From Bacteroidota bacterium (lineage in GTDB: Bacteria > Bacteroidota > Bacteroidia > Cytophagales > Cyclobacteriaceae): a stretch of 64,000 nucleotides of DNA. This document shows, in pieces, positions 30,559-39,958 of the stretch. The number at the start of each line of letters is the position of its first letter. Position 1 is the stretch's first letter. The notes under the pieces were generated by a model that saw only the letters and a program-made list of their open reading frames with translations, had not been told where the DNA came from and did not search any database. The DNA is taken from contig JACOSO010000026.1 in NCBI GenBank assembly GCA_016178785.1, positions 145,648-209,647 on the forward strand. Reading direction: 5' to 3'. Made by a program: the position numbers and the translations under genes.

Positions 30559-30994
30559 TTTTTTTTGATTTCTTTTTTGCTTTCTCAGAATCGATCAGAG
30601 CAGCTTCGTGAAGGTAAGTTTGAAGAAGTTTCTCGTCTATTCCCTTGACATCAGAAAAATCTTTCCAGTACACCTGCTTTCGTTTGCCTCGGTTTAAATA
30701 CCCAATCTCATCCTGAAGCAAGTTGCCGTTGGTAAATCCAAGCTGTACTCCTTTATGGCTAACGCCACCCCAGGTAATGGATGGGGGCCAGATAAAACAA
30801 ATATTAGAATGCCTTCGGTAGAACGGAACATTGAGAGATAACCTCTCTTCACAATCTGGAATGCATTCTAAAATAATTTTGCGAAGCGCTTCAACAATCT
30901 TTAGTTCATCAGCAGGAATAAATTCAAAAAACTCTTCAATAGACTTGAAGTTCACATTTTGCATTTGTTTTTTCTTGCCGGTTTGCTTTTTCAT
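30539..30994 (-). CDS. DUF1801 (YdhG/YdeI-like) domain protein
   Basis: Resembles DUF1801 family (FIPADELKIVEALRKIILECIPDCEERLSLNVPFY). Confidence 0.55.
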   Translation of the reverse strand: MKKQTGKKKQMQNVNFKSIEEFFEFIPADELKIVEALRKIILECIPDCEERLSLNVPFYRRHSNICFIWPPSITWGGVSHKGVQLGFTNGNLLQDEIGYLNRGKRKQVYWKDFSDVKGIDEKLLQTYLHEAALIDSEKAKKKSKKIKRSLS

Positions 30995-31063
30995 TCAACT
31001 TATGGGCAAGCATCGATACTCGAAATTATTGGCTAAGAATCCACTTCCTAAAATCCTGATAGC

Positions 31064-32938
31064 TCACTTTTTGCCCGAATCATTTTTCTTCGGGTCAATC
31101 ATCTCCATTAGCTTAAGACCCAACAATCCATCTATCGCATTTCCACCTCCTCCACCTCCCCCGATAAGAATATCTGGAATTAATTTTATTTGTCCTTTAG
31201 AAAGTTCTTCTGTGATTTTGTAGCGAGTAAAATTCTCACCGCCCAGGGCCTTGACGGCAAGCTCATAGGCTTCGGCTGTTGATTTTCCTATCGCAAGAAT
31301 TTTTCCAGCTTCAGCACTTCCGGTTACCGAAATTTGTTCTGCCTGCGCTGATGCCTTTAACCTGACTGCTTCCGCTTCTGCCGAGGCTCTCACTTTAATG
31401 GCCTCTGCTTCTCCACTTGCCGCAACCTTTACGCTGGTGGCATCGCCCTCTGCTTTTTTTACTGTGGCGTTTGCTGTGCGTTCTGCAATTTCAACACCTT
31501 GTTGAGCTTTCACAATGTCCTTTTGCATATCAGCAATAGCGGTTTCCTTTTCCATGCCCTGTCGGGTCTCCTGCGCTTTTTTCTGAGTTTCGTAAGTTAC
31601 TTTTTGTTCTTCGGCAAGTTTTCTGTCGGTTAGTGTTTTCATGAGTGAATCGGGAGGAACGATGTCACCGATTAGAGTATCCACTGCGTTCACATTATAT
31701 TCATCCAATACTTTTTTGATATGCGCCTTCGCTGATTCCTGCCTCTCTTTTCGGGTAGTTAAAAATGCAATCACATCGCTGTCTTGTGCGGAGTTTCGGA
31801 AGTAATTTCCAATAGTCGGTTCAAGAACCTGCGAAACCAAATTCACCATGTTGCCAAATCGGGCAATCACTTTGGGTGCTTCCGTTGTAGGCACATGGAT
31901 GATTTGCGCCACATCGAGATTAAATGGGAAACCATCTTTTGACCGAACGGTTATCGTTGAAAGGTTTTTGTCTAAGTTGTGCGCCTCACTTCTAGCCGAT
32001 GCCCAATTCAAAACGAGATTAGTGGTTGGCACCAACTCGACTTTCATCGTATACGTATTGATTGGGTATTTGCCCGGGCCCATAGGTTCAAGCCATACTC
32101 CTTTACGTCCCTTCTCTACAATGTTTCCGTGCTTAAATTCAGAGCCCGTCAAATCGGTACCTTCCAGGCCAACATAAGAAATCACAACGCCTACATAGCC
32201 AATCGGAATTTCCATCATCGGAATTTCTTCCATTTGAACTGCCCACGGATTCAAATTGTATGAACCGGCCAAAATCACCTGAGGCTGCAAACCACGATTA
32301 CCTCCGTTCCGAATGAAGGCATCAAAATCTTGAAAGTTATTGTGGCCTTCCACCAATTTACCGGCAATCTGACCAGCATCAATGGGGAGTCCATCCAGTG
32401 TTGTGACAATACCTACTTTGCTTTCTTGTATCCTAACCATATCGGTTATCGAAACATTGAACAGCAAAGAGTTAACTCGATATGACCCCGCTGTGATATA
32501 AGCAGTCTGTCGTCCTCGTTGACCACCATTGCTCAAAAACTTTTCTGCATCCTGAAAATTGTCGCAGTCTATTTTCTTTGCCAGAATATTTCCGGTTGGG
32601 ATTTCAGCGCCATCTTTTGACAAAACCAATCCAATTTTGCCTTCCGGGATTACCATAAACTTTTCCATGTTAACCTCAAATTGCCAAACCCATTTCCAGA
32701 AATACAAGCCCGGGGCAAGGGTTTTCGCCTGAAAGCCGGCCTCACCTTTGGTGGCTATGATTCTTCCATCGGGCAATTCCCGGTTTTCACCGAAAAGCAC
32801 AAATTTTTTCGTTACCAAACCTATCCGGTCTTCCGGAACGATTACCATCCCAAACAAAAAACGCAAAATGTATTTGTACAGAAGAATTGATGCAATCAGT
32901 AGTATGATCCACCAAAAACTTAACAAAGGGTTTTCCAT
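31064..32938 (-). CDS. flotillin-family SPFH protein (YqiK-like)
   Basis: N-terminal TM, SPFH domain, long Ala/Glu-rich coiled coil (AEGDATSVKVAASGEAEAIKVRASAEAEAVRLKASAQAE) and a Gly-rich C-terminus, typical of bacterial flotillins. Confidence 0.8.
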   Translation of the reverse strand: MENPLLSFWWIILLIASILLYKYILRFLFGMVIVPEDRIGLVTKKFVLFGENRELPDGRIIATKGEAGFQAKTLAPGLYFWKWVWQFEVNMEKFMVIPEGKIGLVLSKDGAEIPTGNILAKKIDCDNFQDAEKFLSNGGQRGRQTAYITAGSYRVNSLLFNVSITDMVRIQESKVGIVTTLDGLPIDAGQIAGKLVEGHNNFQDFDAFIRNGGNRGLQPQVILAGSYNLNPWAVQMEEIPMMEIPIGYVGVVISYVGLEGTDLTGSEFKHGNIVEKGRKGVWLEPMGPGKYPINTYTMKVELVPTTNLVLNWASARSEAHNLDKNLSTITVRSKDGFPFNLDVAQIIHVPTTEAPKVIARFGNMVNLVSQVLEPTIGNYFRNSAQDSDVIAFLTTRKERQESAKAHIKKVLDEYNVNAVDTLIGDIVPPDSLMKTLTDRKLAEEQKVTYETQKKAQETRQGMEKETAIADMQKDIVKAQQGVEIAERTANATVKKAEGDATSVKVAASGEAEAIKVRASAEAEAVRLKASAQAEQISVTGSAEAGKILAIGKSTAEAYELAVKALGGENFTRYKITEELSKGQIKLIPDILIGGGGGGGNAIDGLLGLKLMEMIDPKKNDSGKK

Positions 32939-33148
32939 AGGGTTTGTGTTAAAAGGCGTCCAACGAAATTATTTCAAACTTTGAATCTTCACACCAGTTG
33001 GCAACATTAAAAAAAACCGACCTTGATGATATTTGAAGGTGCCCCGCTTCATCATTCTTAATTCGTCATTCAATATTCAACATTCAAAATTTGATTTTCG
33101 AATAATGAACACAGATTTTTGATTTTAGAAGTGGACTCTTCGCTTGAA

Positions 33149-33763
33149 TTACAAATGCTCCTTCTTATTCTTTACCAAATCATACATTAATTCGCGGGCG
33201 CGGTGTAGTTGAGCCTTTACAGTGCCAAGCGGGGCGTCAAGTTCTTCAGCTATTTCCTCGTAACTCAACTCATGAAAGTAGCGCAGGCGCACCAACTTTT
33301 GGTATTTGCCCGGCAACATGTTCACAAAGGCTTGAATGAGTTCTCCCTTTTGCGCTCGGATAGCTTCCTCTTGCGGATCGGGGTTGTTCTCGTCTTTTAC
33401 ATCAATTCCCACGGGCTGGCCGTCATCATCGGTATAGGTGTTTTCGATGCTGAAGGTATTGAGTTTTTTCTTGCGGATATGGTCAATCGTATTATTCGTG
33501 GCAATGCGAAACAACCACGTGCTGAATGTAAAATCCTTTTTGAAGCGGTGCAGGCTGCGAAACGCTTTGCTGAACGATTCCATGGTGAGGTCCTCAGCAT
33601 CGTCAATATTGCGAACCATTTTTAAAATCATGTGGTATACAGGCCGCCTGTAGCGCATCAATAATTTGCCATAGGCCTTGTCATCACCGCCCACGGCCAT
33701 ATCGATTAACTTGAAGTCTTCCAGTGCTTTGGGGGAGAAGCGGCCTTCCTCTAATTCTTCCAT
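33149..33763 (-). CDS. RNA polymerase sigma-70 family factor (ECF-like)
   Basis: Region 2 (DAEDLTMESFSKAFRSLHRF...STWLFRIATNNTIDHIRKK) and region 4 HTH (LSYEEIAEELDAPLGTVKAQLHRAR). Confidence 0.8.
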   Translation of the reverse strand: MEELEEGRFSPKALEDFKLIDMAVGGDDKAYGKLLMRYRRPVYHMILKMVRNIDDAEDLTMESFSKAFRSLHRFKKDFTFSTWLFRIATNNTIDHIRKKKLNTFSIENTYTDDDGQPVGIDVKDENNPDPQEEAIRAQKGELIQAFVNMLPGKYQKLVRLRYFHELSYEEIAEELDAPLGTVKAQLHRARELMYDLVKNKKEHL

Positions 33764-34851
33764 TTTACTTTCTTAACGAATAGTGCTTTCGCACCGGTGA
33801 CAAGGTAATAAAAGGCATACATAAAATCTAAAAGCGGGGTTTTCCATGCCTCGAATGAATCGCCCAGTTTTCTCGAGCCAACATGAATAACAGCAATAGC
33901 CAACATCAGTCGAATAAAAAACAAACTCGCGGTAGCAATCAATGGATTCAAAACAACAACGGGCAAAACCAGGAACCATGAAAGCATCCATGATAACGAA
34001 AATGCTCCTAAAACTATTTTATCAAAAAACTTATATCGTTTACCTACTGACAAGTGCCTGAATTTCTGATGCAGAAACTCACCCCAGGCCGTTTTGGGTT
34101 TAGAAAAAACAATTGCCTCCGCGCCAATACTAACTACAGTGTTTTTTTTCGTGGCATGCTGATTCACAAAAAGATCATCATCACCACCGGTAATTCCGAG
34201 GTGTGAATTAAACCCTTTGTTGTCGAGAAATAATTCTTTGCGATAAGCCAGGTTGCGGCCTACACCCATGTAAGGTCTGCCTAGCAATGCAAGCCCAATG
34301 AATTGAATTCCCGTTAGGAAAGATTCAAACCGAATGAACGCGTTGAGCAGCCCACCACTTTTTGTGTAGGGAGAAAAACCCAGAACAATTTTGGTGGGCT
34401 CTTGAATTTTTTCAGCCATACTTCCAATCCATTGGGCACTGGCTGGCCTGCAATCGGCATCTGTAAGCAAAACCCAATCATATCGTGCGGCCTTGATACC
34501 CAATGTCAACGCGAATTTTTTTCCATTAATATGCTCAGGCTTCTGAGTTACGCGCACCATCTTCAGCTTTTCATTTTCTTTTGTGGCCTGCAACAAAAAA
34601 TCATAGGTACCATCATTGCAGCGATCTTCCACTATGATCACTTCGAATTCCGGATACTGCTGCGAAAGAAGTTGGGGAACAAGTTCTTTTAAATTTTCTT
34701 CTTCATCGTGCGCGCAGATGATTATTGAAACGGGTGGTCGAGCATCTGACGTTTTAGGCTGCGCATTTGCCATGGAAGACAGAAGCACAGCCATGTAAAT
34801 GATCTGCAGTGCGAGTACGGCCAGGCAAATGATGTTGAGGGTCACAGTCAA
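33751..34851 (-). CDS. glycosyltransferase family 2, membrane-associated
   Basis: GT2 signatures (VSIIICAHDEEENL, EVIIVEDRCNDGT, D-x-D region LLTDADC) plus C-terminal TM helices. Confidence 0.75.
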   Translation of the reverse strand: MTVTLNIICLAVLALQIIYMAVLLSSMANAQPKTSDARPPVSIIICAHDEEENLKELVPQLLSQQYPEFEVIIVEDRCNDGTYDFLLQATKENEKLKMVRVTQKPEHINGKKFALTLGIKAARYDWVLLTDADCRPASAQWIGSMAEKIQEPTKIVLGFSPYTKSGGLLNAFIRFESFLTGIQFIGLALLGRPYMGVGRNLAYRKELFLDNKGFNSHLGITGGDDDLFVNQHATKKNTVVSIGAEAIVFSKPKTAWGEFLHQKFRHLSVGKRYKFFDKIVLGAFSLSWMLSWFLVLPVVVLNPLIATASLFFIRLMLAIAVIHVGSRKLGDSFEAWKTPLLDFMYAFYYLVTGAKALFVKKVKWKN

Positions 34852-34924
34852 ACTAAAATTAAAAACGACAAAGATAAAGGCTTATTCAGAACAGGAAAGG
34901 TGAAATGAATAACTTTGCCGTTTC

Positions 34925-36055
34925 ATGAAATTCGAACTTAAGACTACCGACCCAAACTCAGGTGCCCGCACAGGCTTGATCACAACGGATCATGGCGAAA
35001 TCCCTACCCCTATCTTCATGCCTGTGGGCACGGCCGGTTCGGTAAAGGCAGTGCACCAGCGTGAATTGAAGAATGACATTGATGCAAAAATCATTTTAGG
35101 CAATACCTACCACCTGTACTTGAGGCCAACCCTGGATGTTCTCGAAAAAGCGGGCGGGCTTCACAAATTCAATACGTGGGATCGCCCCATTCTCACCGAC
35201 AGCGGTGGTTATCAGGTTTACTCGTTGGGAGAAAACCGAAAGATCACCGAAGATGGGGTTGTTTTCAAATCGCACATCGATGGTTCGAAGCACGTTTTCA
35301 CTCCCGAGGGTGTTATGGATATTCAACGGACAATTGGTGCAGATATCATCATGGCATTCGATGAATGTACCCCTTATCCTTGCGAATATCGCTATGCAAA
35401 GAATTCGATGGATCTTACCCACCGATGGTTGAAGAGATGTGTAGGCAGAATCGAGACTACTGAACCCAAATACGGTTATAATCAAGCACTCTTCCCGATT
35501 GTGCAAGGAAGTACTTATAAAGACCTGCGCGAGCAGTCTGCAGAGTTTATCGCCTCGCAAAATCAACCGGGCAATGCTATTGGCGGGCTTTCGGTGGGTG
35601 AGCCACATGAGATGATGTATGAGATGACAGAATTGGTCTGTGGCATTTTGCCAAAGGATAAACCACGTTATCTTATGGGTGTGGGCACCCCCGAAAATAT
35701 TTTAGAGTGTATAGCCCTTGGCATCGATATGTTTGATTGTGTGATGCCCACCCGCAATGCCCGCAACGGAATGCTCTTCACCACGCAAGGCATCATCAAT
35801 ATCCGCAACGAAAAATGGAAAGATGACCACAGCTCCATCGATGACATGCTGGGCGGATATGTGAGCACCAATTACTCGAAGGCCTATTTACGCCACTTAA
35901 TCATCTCTAAAGAAATTTTAGGCGCGCAAATTGCTTCTGTCCACAACCTGACTTTCTATCTTTGGTTGGTAAAAGAAGCTCGACAAAAAATAGAACAAGG
36001 TGTTTTTGTGGAGTGGAAAAATAAAATGGTAAAACAAGTGTCTAATAGACTATAA
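34925..36055 (+). CDS. tgt: queuine tRNA-ribosyltransferase (tRNA-guanine transglycosylase)
   Basis: TPIFMPVGTAGSVKAV, zinc site C-x-C-x2-C...H region (CVMPTRNARNG), full-length 376 aa. Confidence 0.9.
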   Translation: MKFELKTTDPNSGARTGLITTDHGEIPTPIFMPVGTAGSVKAVHQRELKNDIDAKIILGNTYHLYLRPTLDVLEKAGGLHKFNTWDRPILTDSGGYQVYSLGENRKITEDGVVFKSHIDGSKHVFTPEGVMDIQRTIGADIIMAFDECTPYPCEYRYAKNSMDLTHRWLKRCVGRIETTEPKYGYNQALFPIVQGSTYKDLREQSAEFIASQNQPGNAIGGLSVGEPHEMMYEMTELVCGILPKDKPRYLMGVGTPENILECIALGIDMFDCVMPTRNARNGMLFTTQGIINIRNEKWKDDHSSIDDMLGGYVSTNYSKAYLRHLIISKEILGAQIASVHNLTFYLWLVKEARQKIEQGVFVEWKNKMVKQVSNRL

Positions 36056-36058
36056 AGT

Positions 36059-36117
36059 CCATGGTCCATAGTCGATAGTCCATAGAGGCCATCGACTATG
36101 GACTATCGACTAAACAA
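36059..36117. repeat. palindromic REP-like intergenic element
   Basis: tagtcgatagtccatag ... ctatggactatcgacta form a 17-bp perfect inverted repeat with a 10-nt spacer. Built from TAGTCCATAG/CCATCGACTATGG words that recur at 47541-47615. Confidence 0.6.
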
Positions 36118-37347
36118 ATGAAAATCCTCGACCGCTATATCATCAAAAAGGTGCTATCCACGTTCTTTTTCGTGATGATGATCTTGGTGGCCATCATTGT
36201 GGTAATCGATATCACTGAGAAGGTTGACAAGTTCAACGACCATAACCTAAAGTTTCCTGAAATCTTCGGCTATTACATGGATTTCGTTCCATGGATCTCT
36301 GGGTTGCTCACACCGATTATTTGTTTCATCGCGATCGTGTACGTTACCTCACGCCTGGCAGCGCATACAGAGATTGTAGCCATGCTGAGCAGTGGGATTA
36401 GTTTTCGAAGGTTGTTGCTGCCTTACTTTATTGCGTCATCGATCATTGCATCAATCAGTTTTGTTTTCAACGGATGGGTTATCCCTCACTCCAATCGAGA
36501 ACGGCTCGCATTTGAGATGCAGTACTTTCAGAATAAATTTTACTTTGAAAGTCGCAACGTGCACATGCAGACAGCGCCTAATGTTTATTTGTTCATTCAG
36601 AATTACAATAATCAATCGAATACCGGCTATCAGTTCAGCCTGGAAAAATTCAGCGACAACAAACTCATTGAAAAATTAACGGCCGACAATATTCAATGGG
36701 ATAGCGTGAAACATAAATGGACGCTGCGTTATTGGAGAAGAAAAAAAGTGGATGAAATGTTTGAGGTGAATTCGGATGCAGATTCTTTGAAAAAAGCCAG
36801 CACAAGTGCACAGGTCAAATCAGGAGACGATTTGAAGCTTTCGGAAAACGTATCAAACGAACTTAAACCAGAGCGAAAAACATTTCAAAGAAAAAAACCG
36901 CCTGGTGATTTCAGCTCTATTCTGGCAGGCCATGGAGAGGCAATAGACACCACCCTGGCGATCACTCCAAAAGATTTTGAAAACAACGCACACGAATACG
37001 ATGGCATGACCATTCCAGAACTTGGCCACCAAATTGCCCAGTTACGTTTTCGCGGAACAACAGGGGTTGAAGCATATGAAGTGGAACGTCATATCCGCTT
37101 TGCGGCACCTTGCACCACTTTCGTTTTGGTTTTCATGGGGGTGATTGTATCCTCTCGAAAAAGTCGCGGGGGTACCGGTTTTCAGATTGCCCTCGGGTTC
37201 TTGCTGGCATTTGTTTTCATCTTGTTTTTTACGATGACCCGCACGTTTGCCGAAACAGGCTCCCTTGCGCCATTTGCTGCAGCGTGGCTGCCCAACGCGC
37301 TCTTCGGCATGCTTTCATTGTTCATGTATAAATATGTTCCGCGTTGA
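36118..37347 (+). CDS. LptF/LptG family LPS export permease
   Basis: MKILDRYIIKKVL...FFFVMMILVAIIVVIDITEKVDKF N-terminus typical of YjgP/YjgQ (LptF/G). Periplasmic insert, C-terminal TM bundle. Confidence 0.8.
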   Translation: MKILDRYIIKKVLSTFFFVMMILVAIIVVIDITEKVDKFNDHNLKFPEIFGYYMDFVPWISGLLTPIICFIAIVYVTSRLAAHTEIVAMLSSGISFRRLLLPYFIASSIIASISFVFNGWVIPHSNRERLAFEMQYFQNKFYFESRNVHMQTAPNVYLFIQNYNNQSNTGYQFSLEKFSDNKLIEKLTADNIQWDSVKHKWTLRYWRRKKVDEMFEVNSDADSLKKASTSAQVKSGDDLKLSENVSNELKPERKTFQRKKPPGDFSSILAGHGEAIDTTLAITPKDFENNAHEYDGMTIPELGHQIAQLRFRGTTGVEAYEVERHIRFAAPCTTFVLVFMGVIVSSRKSRGGTGFQIALGFLLAFVFILFFTMTRTFAETGSLAPFAAAWLPNALFGMLSLFMYKYVPR

Positions 37348-38252
37348 AACCTACAGTAGCTGATTACTTCAAATTGCATTTCATCGTTTTCCTTTTTGGG
37401 TTCACGGCCATTCTTGGAAAATTGATTTCGCTGCCTAGTGTGGAGATGGTTTTTTACCGAACGTTGCTTGCCGCAATCGGAATGGCTGCGCTGATCTTTT
37501 TTTTGAAAGGATCATTTGCCGTGCCCTCGCAAAAAGATTTTTGGAAGTTGATGCTTACCGGTTTGATTGTGGCTTTGCACTGGCTCACTTTTTTTGGTTC
37601 TGGAAGATTGGCGAATCCATCCGTAAGTTTGGTTGGGTTTGCTACTTGTTCATTTTGGGCCGCGCTGATTGAACCTGTTGCAAAAAAGAAAAAAATCCGC
37701 CCAATGGAAGTCGGCCTCGGTATTGCCGTGCTGATAGGGCTTTACATTATTTTCTCATTTGATTTCAAATATCCGTTGGGGCTTTTGCTTGGCATCGCAT
37801 CTGGCTTAGCGGGAGCAATCTTCAGCGTGATCAACTCAAAAATGGTGACTCGCATTTCATCACACACCATCACTTTTTATGAAATGATTTCGGCCTGCAT
37901 TGGTATTGTTCTTTTCTTTCCGTTCTATAAGAAGTATTTCGCTGAGGGTGAACTTCAGTTGATGCCTTCGGCTGTCGACTGGATTTACCTCGCAATGCTC
38001 GGTTGGGTTTGCTCGGTTTATGCGTATTCGCAAATGATTGATTTGACTAAGAAGCTCTCCGTGTTTTTTATACAGCTTGCATTAAACCTGGAGCCTGTCT
38101 ACGGAATTGCTTTCGCGATACTGATTTTTGGAAGGCAAGAAGTGATGGGCTGGAGTTTTTATATTGGCACACTGATTATCCTTATCGCAGTGGCATTGTA
38201 CCCATTGTTGAAGAGAAATTTCGAGCATCATTTCAATTCGCCACTCCAATAG
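37344..38252 (+). CDS. EamA/DMT-family transporter
   Basis: 10-TM protein with duplicated EamA-like halves. 302 aa. Confidence 0.65.
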   Translation: MKPTVADYFKLHFIVFLFGFTAILGKLISLPSVEMVFYRTLLAAIGMAALIFFLKGSFAVPSQKDFWKLMLTGLIVALHWLTFFGSGRLANPSVSLVGFATCSFWAALIEPVAKKKKIRPMEVGLGIAVLIGLYIIFSFDFKYPLGLLLGIASGLAGAIFSVINSKMVTRISSHTITFYEMISACIGIVLFFPFYKKYFAEGELQLMPSAVDWIYLAMLGWVCSVYAYSQMIDLTKKLSVFFIQLALNLEPVYGIAFAILIFGRQEVMGWSFYIGTLIILIAVALYPLLKRNFEHHFNSPLQ

Positions 38253-39037
38253 TTCATCGAAGGAAATTCGCTTTTTAAATCAATTGGTCTTTCAAAAAGA
38301 CCAAATACGCTGGCACCCGATCCGCTCATGCTTGCATAACTTGCGCCAAGGGCATACAATTTTTCTTTTACTGCTTTGATAATCGGATGCTTTTTGAAAA
38401 TCAATTTCTCAAAATCGTTTGAAAGCTTGTCTCTCCATTCTTTCAAAGGAAGTTTTAGAATTCCTTGAATTGAAATTTCAGGTTGTTTTGGCTCAATCCC
38501 TGAATAAGCTTCTGCTGTTGAGACGTGAACATCAGGCTTGATTAAAATCAGATGAAGGCCATTCAAATTCACTGATATGGGCGACAAGATTTCGCCTCGC
38601 CCTTTTCCAATCATCGGTTGATCCTCTAAGAAAAAAGAACAATCACTACCGAGCTTCGATGCATAACTTTTTAATTGTTCTTTTGAAATCTTCAAATCGA
38701 AAACTTCATTGAGCAGCCGAAGAGTAAAAGCAGCATCAGATGAACCACCGCCCAAACCAGCTCCCATCGGGATGATTTTATGCAAATGGATTTTTACAAG
38801 ATCGATTCCAAGTTCTTCCTGAATTAAGTGAAAAGCCTTCACACAAAGATTGTCTTCGTCCTTACCGTCCACTTTTGTTCCCGATTGGGTGAAGGAAAAT
38901 TCTCGTGAGGGAATTATTTCTAAAATGTCAGTGCAAAGGACAGGGTAGAAACACGTTTCGATGTTGTGGTAGCCATCGCTCCTCTTCGATAGAACTTGAA
39001 GCCCGAGGTTTATTTTACAATGAGGGAAGGAAATCAT
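38228..39037 (-). CDS. ispE: 4-(cytidine 5'-diphospho)-2-C-methyl-D-erythritol kinase
   Basis: GHMP-kinase motif PMGAGLGGGSSDAA and IspE-like N-terminus KINLGLQVL. Confidence 0.85.
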   Translation of the reverse strand: MISFPHCKINLGLQVLSKRSDGYHNIETCFYPVLCTDILEIIPSREFSFTQSGTKVDGKDEDNLCVKAFHLIQEELGIDLVKIHLHKIIPMGAGLGGGSSDAAFTLRLLNEVFDLKISKEQLKSYASKLGSDCSFFLEDQPMIGKGRGEILSPISVNLNGLHLILIKPDVHVSTAEAYSGIEPKQPEISIQGILKLPLKEWRDKLSNDFEKLIFKKHPIIKAVKEKLYALGASYASMSGSGASVFGLFERPIDLKSEFPSMNYWSGELK

Positions 39038-39103
39038 TCCAAATTCAATATTTAAAATTCGAAATCAAACTCCAATTTTAAATTTTGAATTTGGAATCTT
39101 GAA

Positions 39104-39943
39104 TTATTTAGTGAGTCTCTGAACCAAATTATCGGTAATGCCCGATGAGGAGAACCCACCATCATGCATCAGATTTTGCATAGTTACCATGCGTGTGAAA
39201 TCGGAGAACATCACCACGATGTAGTTCGCACAATCTTCAGCAGATGCATTGCCCAGTGGCGACATCAAATCAGCATAGTCGAAAAATACATCGAAACCTG
39301 AGATGCCGGCACCGGCAGTGGTCTTGGTGGGTGATTGCGAAATTGTGTTCACACGCACTTTCTTTTTAACACCGTAACGTTGACCATAGCTTCTCGCAAT
39401 TGACTCGAGCATGGCTTTCGCTTGCGCCATATCGGTGTAATCCGGATAGGCTCTCTGTGCCGCAATATAACTTAACGCTAAAACCGAAGCATATTCATTG
39501 AGGGCATCTAATTTTTCACAAGTCTGCAAGACTTTATGAAACGAAAGCGCAGAGATGTCGAGTGTTTTCAAATACCACTCATAATTCATGTCACCGTATT
39601 CCTTGCCCTTCCGAATGTTGGGACTCATGCCGATCGAGTGTAAAACAAAATCAAGTTTGCCTCCCAAAATTTCTTGTGACTTTGTAAAAAGATTATTCAA
39701 GTCTTGTTCGGATGTGGCATCGGCTGGTATCACTTCGGCACCGCAGGTTTTTGCAAGTTCATTGATCTTGCCCATGCGCATGGCGATGGGTGCATTCGTT
39801 AACGTGAACTTTCCACCTTCTTCATGAACCTTCAGGGCCGTTTTCCACGCTATAGAATTTTCATCGAGGGCACCAAAGATGACCCCTCTTTTTCCTTTCA
39901 GTAAATTATTCGACATGATTTTCAAGTTTGATTGCGGATGCAA
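39104..39943 (-). CDS. fabI: enoyl-[acyl-carrier-protein] reductase (NADH)
   Basis: LKGKRGVIFGALDENSIAWKTA Rossmann N-terminus and SDR Y-x6-K region consistent with FabI. Confidence 0.85.
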   Translation of the reverse strand: MHPQSNLKIMSNNLLKGKRGVIFGALDENSIAWKTALKVHEEGGKFTLTNAPIAMRMGKINELAKTCGAEVIPADATSEQDLNNLFTKSQEILGGKLDFVLHSIGMSPNIRKGKEYGDMNYEWYLKTLDISALSFHKVLQTCEKLDALNEYASVLALSYIAAQRAYPDYTDMAQAKAMLESIARSYGQRYGVKKKVRVNTISQSPTKTTAGAGISGFDVFFDYADLMSPLGNASAEDCANYIVVMFSDFTRMVTMQNLMHDGGFSSSGITDNLVQRLTK

Positions 39944-39958
39944 TAATACAAAATCCTG

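Noticed and set aside
31105-31150. Poly-purine/poly-C stretch (ccacctcctccacctccccc) resembling a simple repeat
   Set aside because: It encodes the Gly-rich GGGGGGNAIDG C-terminal segment of the flotillin gene on the minus strand. It is coding, not an intergenic repeat.
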